DNA from: Octopus sinensis
Taxonomy: Eukaryota
DNA length: 64,000 nt
Reading direction: 5' to 3'
Assembly (NCBI RefSeq): GCF_006345805.1
Contig: NC_043001.1
Coordinates: forward strand, 6,572,001 to 6,636,000
The translations under genes and the position numbers were made by a program. Under the pieces are notes generated by a model. The model saw nothing but the letters and a program-made list of their open reading frames with translations, was not told the origin of the DNA and made no database searches. Of this stretch, positions 11,565 through 23,135 are shown piece after piece. Numbering within the stretch: position 1 is the first letter of the stretch; the number at the start of each line of letters is the position of its first letter.

Positions 11565-13514
11565 TATATATCCGTCTATATAACAGTCCACTAACAAATC
11601 TACCCGTATGTGTAGAAACATGCACACTGACGCATAGACATGTGCACAAAACAAACAAACAAAAAAAGACAACTCCAATATCAGAAAGAGTCAATGACTA
11701 TTGCATAATTTGCAAGAAGCAACGTAAATTTTAGAAGTAAATGAGTGGAAATCGTATCGGTGAGTGTGTCAATGATTAAGGCATTATAACAAACTAACTC
11801 TTCCCAGACACAATAATATATGTATATGTGTGTGTGTGTGTGTGTGTGTATACGAGCTGTAGTTCTTGCCTTAGGATAGCAATGAGGTTTTAAGCTCAAT
11901 AGTTAAAAACAAAATATAAAGAAGTTTCTCTATTCTGTAGACGTGGATAGTATATATTCATATTTATTGGATAAGGATCATATTTGAAATTACGGGCCTA
12001 AACGTCGTTTATATCTGAAATTTGAAATCTAAATGCTCACGTTATTCTATTCCTAGGTTTGGCGTCGCGAACGAAGATTCGCTGGACCATGAAGTCTGCA
12101 TATACACTCGTTGCTTCCATTTGGAACAGGCAGGCATGACGGTAGTGGCTGTAGTGGAAGATCTAGTCTAGATTACGAGGTGTTGTGGCCCTTCCTACTG
12201 CGCCTCGTGATCTTCATAATGGACCTGCGGATATTTTCGAAGGAAGGGACAGCGTTTTTCAGATTCGTTACATACATAGAATATCAACAAAATAACAATT
12301 TCATAATTCCTAATAGTATCATTATATTTCAGTTAAGTGCTAATGAATCTGGATGCAGCGCGGAAGTTTGCAGTGAACAGGTCGCGGTCTCAAAGCGACG
12401 AAAACATTTTGACAAATTAAATTCAAATGTTGAAGTGAATCTAAGGGTTTTTGTGCGTTTCTGAAATGGCTTATAAACACCTTTCACTCAGCAATTGTTT
12501 TCGTTCCAGCACATGATCTCAGATCACGTCACTTGCTATGCAAGTACATCTCCGTGAATCTGAATTGTTTCATTTAAAATGAAGTAGAATATGATGTGTT
12601 ATAGTTTACGCACACATATAGTCGTGCTTAAGACATCATACAGTAGAAACCTTTTCCTGTCTACAAAAATATTACACTTTATACAGTCATTAATAGTATT
12701 AGCGATTAAAACAAGATATTACTCGAGTTTTGTCGTCTGCTTTCAAAAATCTTCCTATTTATCTTTGTCATACGCACCACTATTTTTACTTAGAGCAAAC
12801 GAAATTACGACTGATACTATACTAACAGCAATGAGAAACTTTTAACCAAAGGAACATCTCAAAATCGAATATAGACATAAGAAGAGATTATCAGCTTAAA
12901 ATCACATCACGATTTTCAGATCAATAACGATATTTTACTAAAAATTCAAACTTACACCAGACAGCTTAACACAAAGCAAAATAAAAAGAAATAAAACAGG
13001 TGTAACATCATTACAATAAATATATCAGGCAAACTTTTCACTTTTTTTTTCAAAGACCAATAAGTAATACGCCAAAAAGTTAAAGCACAAAATGTATACT
13101 AGTCCATCACTGAAATAAACTAAAATGCAGTTGTTAGATGAATAAAAATAAAATAGGAAAAATATCGATAAACAGCGAAATGGTTAAACAACTTACATGG
13201 AAAACAAAAAAAAAATATTCGTGGAAATAAATAGGAAATAATATTACCGAATGCAAAGAAGGCTATGAAAAAATAAACACGGAACCGTGGTAATCAGAGA
13301 GACATGATATCAACAAAAACAACTTTAACTCGACAATAACAACCAGAGTCAATTATTAATAAGAACACTTGGAGAAAAAAAAATCTGTAACAGTCGTTTT
13401 AGAGCGAATAATACCAAGTATTTTTCAAGCAATAATCTGTGCCAACACATATCTGTATCTAAAGAAAAATAAAGCGCTTTCATTGTCTTCTCTCCATGCT
13501 AGAACATTCTGCTG

Positions 13515-13762
13515 CTGCTGCTGCTGCTGTTACTGCTACCACCACAGCTACTGCCGCCGCTGCTACTATCACCACTACTACTTCTGTTGTTACTATCACC
13601 ATCCACTGCTGCTAGTTGTAGTAGTACAGCGGCCACAGTTTCTACTAATACCTTCTCCGTGAAATAAACAATACCACCAAACCACGACTACCAACCCATC
13701 ACCACCGCCACAACCGCCACTTCTACTACTACCACTACCACTACTACTACCACCACCACCAT

Positions 13763-13806
<44 letters not shown>

Positions 13807-13810
13807 ATAT
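13515..13810. repeat. (CTG)n/(CTA)n/(CCA)n trinucleotide low-complexity tract
   Basis: Direct reading. Confidence 0.85.
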
Positions 13811-14321
13811 CATAGCAGCAGGTGGAGTAATGTTATATCCTACTAACCCGAAATGAGCAGCTGTTTATTCCAAAAAAAATCAAAATGAGTATCGCTAATT
13901 ATTCACCAACTTTTCCAACTTGTCGTCTGAGGGTAGTAAGTAGACCTAAATAGATTTCAGTGATTTTGTTTAGTATTTGTCTAATTTTCTTAATTTTTTT
14001 TTTCATTTACGTCAAAGACTTTAGTCAATAATGTTTTTTCCTGTCTTTGTTATCAACCAATAAACTTCTCGCAGACTTTATTTTATTTTAAACTTACAAG
14101 ATATCAATAACATTCATACTGATAACTAAATTTGCTGATGTCTGTAAAGCTTTTATATTGTGATTAAGCTGGCAAACATATCACTTTCTACGTCTATATG
14201 GAAGTATTTCTATGTAAATAAAATTAAAAAAATTCAAATACTAACTTATTACGTTGCAGATCTGCGAGTAAACATCCGAAAATCAATCATCTTACGAAAG
14301 TTTCGATTTTTGTTTCATGCA

Positions 14322-14485
14322 CAGGTGCAAGCATTGCTCTGTAGCGAGAAGTATGCATTGTAACCACGAGGTTCCGGGTTTGATCCCATTGCGTGCCACC
14401 TCAGGTGTGTGTCTTGGAACATAGCTACGAGCAAACAGAATACTCTTGAGTGGATTTGGTTGACGGAAATCGAAAGAATCGTGCA

Positions 14486-14487
<2 letters not shown>
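14322..14487 (+). mobile_element. CORE-like SINE, 5' half
   Basis: GGTTCCGGGTTTGATCCCATTGCGTGCCACCTCAGG...GAGTGGATTTGGTTGACGGAAA matches the 9704 family. Confidence 0.7.
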
Positions 14488-14730
<243 letters not shown>

Positions 14731-15037
14731 CAGGTGGTGTACAAAACAAACAGATGTATTAGTATAACGTTCAGGAATAGAAAAAGTATTTTACGTTTCG
14801 AGCCTACGCTCTTCTACAGAAAGGGACACAGAAAAAAGTATATATATATATATACAAAATAAGAAAATGGAGAAATACATCTAAATCATTAATCAACTAC
14901 CAGATAATACCCAATCACATATATATATACTTTTTTCTGAGTCCCTTTCTGTAGAAGAGCGTAGGCTCGAAACGTAAAAGACTTTTTCTATTTCTGAACG
15001 TTATACTAATACATCTGTTTGTTTTGTATACCACCTG
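14731..15037. mobile_element. Inverted duplication (~120-bp arms) of a hammerhead-bearing repeat, probably PLE terminal-repeat derived
   Basis: 14731-~14850 is a near-perfect reverse complement of ~14919-15037, with a ~70-bp unique spacer. Each arm carries the hammerhead-like motif. Confidence 0.75.
14945..14980 (+). ncRNA. Minimal hammerhead-like motif, variant core CUGUAGA
   Basis: CUUU CUGUAGA A GAGC-GUAG-GCUC GAAAC GU A AAAG: stem I CUUU/AAAG, stem II GAGC/GCUC, loopless stem III with palindrome ACGU. A mirror copy lies at 14788-14823 (-). Confidence 0.6.
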
Positions 15038-15181
15038 TCTTCGTTGCTTTTTTGTGAACTCTCCCTATATATATATATTGTAAATCCCAAAACACGAAGC
15101 ACAAGCATAAAAAAACACAACAACGCGAGGACGTGGCACATGTAAAGTATTAGCAAACACTCAGGGAAGGTCCGAAAGGTG

Positions 15182-15218
15182 GTTTTACGTTTCGAGCAAT
15201 ATACTCTTCTTCAGAGAC
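15182..15218 (-). ncRNA. Minimal hammerhead-like motif, canonical core
   Basis: Minus strand GUCU CUGAAGA A GAGU-AUAUU-GCUC GAAAC GU A AAAC. Canonical core with one mismatch in stem I; related to the 14945 motif. Confidence 0.6.
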
Positions 15219-17193
15219 AGTAGTGTCAAATGGAAAAGAAGACGGATGAAAAAAAAAGCACCTGGGTAAAACTGCTATTAATATAAGTTATTTCCTATAA
15301 CCACTGGATTATATTTAGGATTCTGGATTGAACTTAATACATCCAAATGATTTAAGATGTAGTAATTTTATTGTTCCTGCTAATTATCCAGGAATGCTTG
15401 CGTCTGGGTAATTAGTGATATAGGCATCATATTCTTTCATCTTTGCTATGATTTTTGCAATCAAGTAAAACCTTACACTCTATAATGTACGGTGTTGCCC
15501 TCCCCCTTTTCTCGGTCAAGTGATGTGTCCATTTCTATAACCTCACACTATACATTTTACCAAGCCCTATATCATTATACTCGTTCCCTCAGTCCTGCTA
15601 CGGGCTCCACATACTCCCACCTCTGCACTATTACCTTCTTCCAAATTAGAAGTTGGCTCATCCTTGCCCAACTCCTACAATGTAATTCCACAACCCCCAG
15701 CTCTACATTGTACTTCTCCTTCAACATATTATAAACTGTGCTTCTGTTTTAAGAATATTTCATAGAAATTCATTTAGTCATCACCTTTCTTATACCAGCT
15801 GAAAAGTGTATTTATCAAAATTAAATTAAACAGTGTATAAGAAATCTATAAATATATAATCACGCAATTTACTTACATTTTATTTTTAGTTTCATTATCG
15901 AATTTCATTTCAGTTGTACAGTATACCTAGAATTTTGTTTCCTTCGACATTGCCTAGTATCTCAAATGATGAGCACAGCCCTCTTAGCCACAATATCGTA
16001 TAGAGAAAATTTTCCAAATATATCAGCACTGAAAGTAACTCTTTCAGCAGATTCATCTAGTTGTCAATAATATATTTAGTGCGTCTCTAGTACACTGTTT
16101 TCCAGATACTAAAATAATTTGTCAGTGAGGATGGAAAGAAACTTATTGAATTTCCAACATAACAGTCTGGTTCTATGTAGCAACGAAGTAGCAGCAAATT
16201 TTGTAATAAAAACGTCAAAATTTCACAAACTGTGCGATCTTTCAAGAAAGTTTTATTTTAAACTGATACATATTTATGAGTCGAATGTACGCAGTTTGGA
16301 AGGAAAGGAGTGAAAGATATAAGATTTGCATTGACAAAATCATGATCGTGCAATCTGACAGTTCGGATTAGTTTATACAGATTGGCCTTGAAGTATAACT
16401 TACTTTTCAAGAAACGCATTCTCAACGGTTTCGTGTTGAGTAACTTAATTATAATTCCTCCAAGGCTTAGTTAATGCTGTAAAAATCTGCACGGGCCATG
16501 CAGTCGGGGCAAAGGATAACAAGATCGCAATGTTCGCTTACTCAATAAATTTATTTTATACCCGATAAAGTAGATTTAGTTGGACAATAGTTAGAATTAG
16601 CAGTAATGCCTTTATACTCTGGTGCATGTTTTCCATAATAACATGTCCGTATATGTTATATTTATGGATATCGCTTGACATTCGCTCCAGGCCAGATAGG
16701 CGACTTAATTTTAGTATTTCAAAGCAGAACCTGATATAGAATTCCCAGTGTCAGATTATGTCTCATCCAAACTGCTTTTACTATCTCTTCTCAAAGGAAA
16801 TCTATTAATTTACAAAAGTTATTTGATATAAATATAATCCATATCAGAACACAATATTCCTCCATTTTGTATCACCTGACATATTGAAATATATACCGTT
16901 CATGTTGTGGAGCTTCTGGAAATGAAAATGTCTATAGTGTTAATTAATTTTCAAGAGATGAAGTATTGCGAAGCCTTTATAAATTAGATTATATTGTTTA
17001 AACTGTAAAATTGCAAATCCAGACAGCTACTAATTCATTGGCAAATATACATGAAAAAGAATATAATTACACGATTAATGTTCATGCATGCTAAAATGAC
17101 AATTTTGAATGAATATTCTCTTGGGAAAAATAGCGCAGTAAATTTGCCTTTCACGATGTATTTACATTTAGTATGATAAGAGTGATGTATGAA

Positions 17194-17450
17194 TATTATT
17201 TACATTTGACAGATATTTGTCCTCATCATTTGCTTGTTGTTAATACAACGTTTCGGCCGATATAACCTCCAAGCCTGCATCAGGTGCCTTGGGGAAATTT
17301 TGAACCTGGGTTCTCACTCCTAAGGTATTTTTCAATGAAGCTGGAGGGTATATAAGTCGAAATGTTGTGTTAACAACAAACAAGATGAAGACAAATGACC
17401 GTCAAATGTAAATAATGGAAATGATTCCTCATCTCTTGAATATAGAACTG
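17194..17450. mobile_element. Two inverted fragments of the tRNA-head/(AAT)n/hammerhead repeat family (tail portion)
   Basis: 17194-17336 (-) reads ...GAAAAATACCTTAGG...GGCAC CTGATGC AGGC...GGCC GAAACGTTG...GATGAGGACAAATATC. 17335-17450 (+) is a degenerate copy of the same hammerhead and tail. Confidence 0.8.
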
Positions 17451-18444
17451 ATGTATAAATGTTAATTGAATCTAATACAAGCTGACGCAGAAAGGTCACC
17501 CTGATTTCAAAGGTTAATAAGACATAAACATGAAAATGCATGAAGAAACGTTGTATTTCTATGAAGGTTATGAAATGCCATATTATTTTATCTTCCAGGC
17601 CTGGAGTAGAGAGCATCCTTGTTTGTTGTATCTTTTGTGTTTGGCTTTTGAAAGCTGGCAACTTTTCTGCCACATCCTGTACTAATATCGTTGCATGTAG
17701 CCTGTTTTAATTCACCGGATAATTATTCGATCTCCAAATATGATATATTAACTATTTACCCGTATCGATTGCAATGTAGTTCGTCTGTTTTGCTGGTACC
17801 AGTGAGTACGCGCTATTCACAATGGCCAACGACACAGAAATACGTCTAGCATTCTCGCTATAACCCTTCTGGGATGAAACCTCGCCTGCTTCTACTATAT
17901 ATTGTCTGTAAAGACGATGTATAGCAGAACGACGAATTTACCTAAAGAGTTTGCATTTTACAATATATTGTATTTGAAGTGGCCTGTTTGCCTAGCAAGT
18001 TCAGGAGCATCATTCGAAAGTTAAACGATGCAAAGCGCATTGTGAATAGTGATGTTTAACAAGATTCGATGTTCTCGTCGATCACCTGAACTCGTGATTT
18101 ACATGACCTACGATATATAAATGACTAATTAATCCAATACTGCTTCTATTGCATATAACAACTGTTTACTACATAAGATTAATTCATGGAAAATCATTTT
18201 GAGTACGAAGTCGAGATTTTATATTTATAATTTTTGAGCTGAAATCCTGAAGAAATAAGCTTCCGTAAATGAAATTATTTGTTCATGCACGTACTCTTGC
18301 ACACACGAACATTTAGAATTAAGGGCCAACTATGTTAAATATGCAAGATATTAAAAGAAATTCTTCACTAATTCACGAAATAATTATTTGCAATAACTTA
18401 CACATTAAAGGCAACAACTGAGTATATATGTTTCACTTAATATG

Positions 18445-18770
18445 CAGATGGCTTAGTGTTTAGGGCAGCGGACTCGCGGTCATAAGTTCGCAGTTTCGAT
18501 TCCCAGACCGGGCGTTGTGAGTGTTTATTGAGCGAAAACACCTAAATTTCCACGAAGCTCGAGGAGTAGGTGATGGCGAACACTGGTGTATTCTTTCAAT
18601 ATAACTATCTTTCTTCCTGTTTCTGCTGTGCCTGTATTTCAAAGGGCCAGCCTTGTCACACCGAATCTCCCCGAGAACTTCGTTAAGGGTACACGCGTCT
18701 GTGGAGTGCTCAGCCACTTGCACGTTAATTTCACGAGTAAGCTATTCTATTGATCGGAGTTCCACGGCTG
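18445..18770 (+). mobile_element. tRNA-derived SINE with RTE-like tail
   Basis: Head GATGGCTTAGTG...GTTTCGATTCCCAG. The tail GCACGTTAATTTCACGAG is also seen at ~50535-50620. Confidence 0.7.
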
Positions 18771-20258
18771 AGATTGCCAAGTTGAAATAACGAGATTGAT
18801 TCCATAGGGTGCGTTTACATTTCGGATATGAAAATCTGAACAAAAGAAAATCAGGAATGCCATAGATCTACTAAATCAGCGTGCTGGAAAAAAATATGTA
18901 GCGACATTTTCCTCCAGCTCTTTAAGTAATGAAATCAAATTACGCTGAGGCCCCCTTTGTCATTCATTATTTCAGGGTTGATAAAATGAAATAACCATCA
19001 GTGCTAGAATTGATGTAGTCGACCTGTCACTTTCCTCAAAAGCTGTAGGCGTTCACTCCTGCAATACAGCAGCGTCCCATCTAGAGGGATATTATACTTT
19101 CAGTCATGTGTACGCTGAGGAAGCCTAATGATCGATTTTATGATTCCTAGGGCTGAAAATATATAGATTAACCGCTGAATTATTGCAGTCGATTAACAGA
19201 TGTCGGCTCCAAATCGCAGAATTCATCAAAGATATATCCATTACGTTTTTTTCCGAGCTTTTGGGGCACTATTATAATTCTCCTTACACTACAGCATTTA
19301 AAGGTTCTTTAGGGTCTACGAGATGTCTACCAGAAAATTTCGGGTATCCAATCACTTCGAGCGGGAGATTGTTTAGATGTTCATTCATCAGTTAGTAACT
19401 TAACTGATTACCTTCAAGATATCTACTAACTTTTGTCACAATCGATGTATGTTAATGATTTATTTAATTATTTTCAGAATAGAATTCCTCTGAAAGAAGT
19501 TATAAAATGTCTTTTGAAACTGAAAGATAAAATGTCTCCAAGTTTATAAATTATATGTATAATTACCTAATATCTGCTTATAATCTCATTTTCTTAATTT
19601 AAATAAGCTTCTGAATTGGTTTATATAATCTAAATCTAACATTTTGCAAAGCTGTGATACGTTTGTTGGTGTACGTACCACATACGATCCAAAAGACTTA
19701 TTGAATGCGTTATATGTAAATTTAGAGTGTTACAAATGTGTTCACTGTTTGTTCTTTTCGGGTACATTTCTGCCTGTCACTTACAAATCCATTGTCGTAA
19801 CCGGAACGCATTCGTACCTTTCAATAGTTGAAAGGGGACTGGATGTAGGAACTGGTTAGAGAAATTATCACTTTCCACCTGTGAAAACAAATTCCGGTGA
19901 TAGAAAAGCGTGTGGTTTCAGAGAGGTTTTTCTTTCATAATACAAATGTATTTTGCTGGATGGTTTTGGAGAGTCGATACACGCACAGATGTTTGCACCC
20001 ATCTTTGTTTATGTATAAAAGAGTCAAACGTTTTTACAAGCTGTTGTTACAATAGAAAGATGGGCAGGTTGCCATATACTGGTGATTAAGAAGAGTTATA
20101 GAAATAGTGGCAGTAAAATTCTTCAGAACAATTGTTCGCGTGTCACTTTAGGAATAGCTTTTAAACAGCTAGTATCAAAGCTAACCCACTCTCTGTACCA
20201 TATATATATATATAAACAGAAAACGAGATTACAAAGAAATAACACATTTATCATCATG

Positions 20259-20385
20259 CAATTCTATATTTGAGATGAGGAATTATGTACATCATTTACA
20301 TTATTAACATTGCACGGATATTTGTCTTCACATTGTTTGTTTTTAACAAAACGTTTCGGCTGATATACCATCCAGGCTTCATCAG
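20259..20385 (-). mobile_element. Hammerhead-plus-tail fragment of the tRNA-head/(AAT)n/hammerhead family
   Basis: Minus strand starts at CTGATGAAGCCTGG...CAGCCGAAACGTT and continues into the family tail (..GAAGACAAATATCCG..TTCCTCATCTC). Confidence 0.8.
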
Positions 20386-20495
20386 CGCATATGGCGTAGT
20401 GGTTAAGAGCTCCGGCTACTAGCATCAAGATTCCGAGTTCGATTCTAGGCAGTGACTTGAATAATAATAATCATAATACTAATAATGATAATATT

Positions 20496-20565
<70 letters not shown>

Positions 20566-20583
20566 TAATAATAATAATAATAA

Positions 20584-21970
20584 CAAGGTGTTAGCGATAA
20601 ATTCCTTAGCAGTTCCAGTTGTTACTTATAGCTACAATGTGTTGAACTGGAATATGAGTGAAGTAAAGAATATAGATAGGAAAATACGCAAGCTGCTGAG
20701 TTGTAATAGGATGCACCACCCAAAGGCAGACGTAGATCGCCTTTACCTTCCCAGAGCCCAAGGAGGTCGAGGCCTGATCCAATTTGAACTAGCATACAAA
20801 ACAACCACAATTGGACTGGCCAAATATCTCGAAATATCGAATGACTGGATGCTAAAGCTCGTGGAAAATCACGAGAGACGAAAGAAGCTTCATTCTATCA
20901 TAAAGGAAAGCAAAAAATTTGCTATTGATCTCGTGCAGGATACCCAAACTTAGCAACCCGAGGGAAGTACGGCAACTATTGTTGCAAAGAAGGTGAAAAT
21001 TATGGCAATGAAAAAAGCGCACGAGCAATTGGCTGATAGGTGGGAGGAGAAACCTCTGCACGGCAAATATGTGACCCGCAGCAAACAAGCTGATGTTGAC
21101 CAGAAGCAAACCCATCAGTGGCTACGGAGCTCAGGGCTAAAAGCAGAGAGCGAAGGTTTCATCCTGGCTGCTCAAGATCAAAGCCTATTAACCCGGAACT
21201 ACCAGGCCAATGTGATGAAAAATGGAGCAGACCCAAAATGCCGATTCTGCAACGACATGATTGAAACAGTGGATCACCTAATCTCTGGATGTAAAGTCTT
21301 AGCACCAGTGGAGTATAAATTAAGACATGACAGATTTGACCAATATCTCCACTGGCTAATAAGTCGGCATTACAATATCAAAACTGCCGACAAGTGGTAT
21401 AATCACCACCCTGAGGCTGTAACTGAAGGAGAAAATGTAACCATTCTGTGGGACTTTCCAGTACATACAGACCGAACCATCAAGGCCAATAAACCAGATA
21501 TTGTTGTGAAAGACCAAAACAATAAAGTTTGCTTATTGATCGACATGAGCATCCCCTGTGATCATAATATCTCAGCGAAAGAGTTTGACAAGCTCAGAAA
21601 ATATAAAGACCTACTCATTGAAATTGAGAAAAGGTGGCATCTCAAGGCGGTTACAATACCAGTGATCGTAGGAGCACTAGGAATGATCAAGAAGGGAACC
21701 GAAAATTATATGAGAATGATCCCTGGCTTACCATCCCTGCAAGAAGTGCAAAAGATTGTCTTAACTGGTACATCACACGTATTGAGAAGAGCATTGTCGA
21801 TGTGAGAACTGTTGCTGCTCATGTATTTAAAAAAAAAAAAAAAAAAAATGAACGAACTACTGAGTTTGGTTTAATGGCCTACCAATGTATACTATGAGTT
21901 TCTTTGCCCTAGGAGTCGGGAAGACACTCGGCAAGAAATGGAAGCAAATTTGAAAGAAGAAAAAAAAAAG
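20584..21970 (+). mobile_element. 5'-truncated R4/Dong-like LINE (copy A): RT thumb, CCHC, REL endonuclease
   Basis: ORFs 20588-20953 (LYLPRAQGGRGL) and 20993-21805 (CRFC..ETVDHLISGC; KPDIVVKD..LLIDMSIP..KE..K..KY.DL) share a frame, separated by one TAG. The 3'UTR ends in (TAA)n. Confidence 0.9.
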
Positions 21971-21993
21971 TAATAATAATAATAATAATAATA

Positions 21994-22677
21994 AAACCGC
22001 TGACAAATGGTACAAACACCATCCTGAAGCTGTGACTGAGGGAGAAAATGTGTCGATTCTATGGGACTTCCCCGTACAGACTGACAAGACTATTAAAGAT
22101 AATAAACCGGATATTATTATAAAAGATCAGACAAAAAAGATGTGTTTATTGATTGACATGAGTATCCCTTGCGATCACAATATAGCGGCCAAAGAATTTG
22201 ACAAGATTAGTAAATATAAAGACCTGCTAATAGAATTTGAAAAAATGTGGCATCTCAAGGTGACTACAGTACCAGTGATTGTAGGATCTCTAGGAATGAT
22301 AAAAAAAGGTATTGAAACCTATTTGAAAATGATTCCAGACTTACCATCCCTACAGAAAGTGGAAAAAATCGTATTAACAGGAATGGCTCATGTACTGAGA
22401 AGAGCATTATCGCTGTGAAAACAACATCCATCCATGAATTTATTTATTTATTAATTTTTAAATACATATTTTATCTGTGAATTTGCGTGTGTAATCTGGG
22501 AATGCATACAATGTGCTTCTCTTCCCTAGGTGTATGGAAAACACTCGGAGAGAAACGGAAGAAAATTTGAAGAAAGAATGAAAAAACATTATAATAACAA
22601 TGAGCTTCTCTGCCCTAGGTGTATGGAAAACACTCGGAGAGAAACGGAAGAAAATTTGAAGAAAGAAGGAGAAAAGA
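21994..22677 (+). mobile_element. R4/Dong-like LINE 3' end (copy B) plus a second, very short 3'-UTR end
   Basis: ORF 22032-22418 is a REL endonuclease (KPDIIIKD..LLIDMSIPCD) similar to copy A. The ~63-bp terminal UTR segment occurs twice (~22516-22578 and ~22605-22667), separated by a TAA-containing spacer. Confidence 0.85.
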
Positions 22678-22954
22678 AATAATAATAACATCGAAAAATA
22701 CCTTAGGAATGAGAACCATGGTTCGAAATTAACTCATGACATTTGAAGACTGGAAGACTGGAGATAGCACTGTTGTGTTAACAACAAAGAAGATGAGGAC
22801 AGATATCCGTCAAATGTAAATAATGTAAATAATATATTATCATTGAGTTTCATATGATACTCATGTATTCCTTCAGTATCTGAGTATCTTATTAATGCTC
22901 TATAACTCGTCTAACACATCTCTATAAAGCTTACGCAAATTGAGATCTACTCCA

Positions 22955-23135
22955 GGTGTAGCTCAATGGCTCAGTAGTTTGAGCGTTGGGCTCATAATCA
23001 CGAGGCAGGGAATTCGATACCCCTAATGGGTTGAGTGTCGAGTCCTTAACCAAAACACTTTATTTCACGTTGCTCCTGTCCACTCATCTGTAGAAAGAAA
23101 GTCTGGTCCTCCATGAACCACCTTACGCGGAATTG
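22955..23135 (+). mobile_element. Degenerate tRNA-SINE (same family as 34152-34372)
   Basis: Shared AAAACACTT..TTTCACGTTGCTCC.GTCCACTCA motif after a tRNA-like head. Confidence 0.6.

Larger units (their letters stand above)
20386..22835 (+). mobile_element. tRNA-head/(AAT)n/hammerhead repeat interrupted by ~2.1 kb of R4/Dong LINE sequence
   Basis: Head 20386-20460 (CATATGGCGTAGTGGTTAAGAGC...GAGTTCGATTC), (AAT)n to 20583, LINE block, then the family tail resumes at ~22678 (AATAATAACATCGAAAAATACCTTAGG...GATGAGGAC) as in the uninterrupted copy at 35597-35842. Confidence 0.85.

Noticed and set aside
17700-18130. Possible transposase remnant
   Set aside because: No recognisable motif in any frame.
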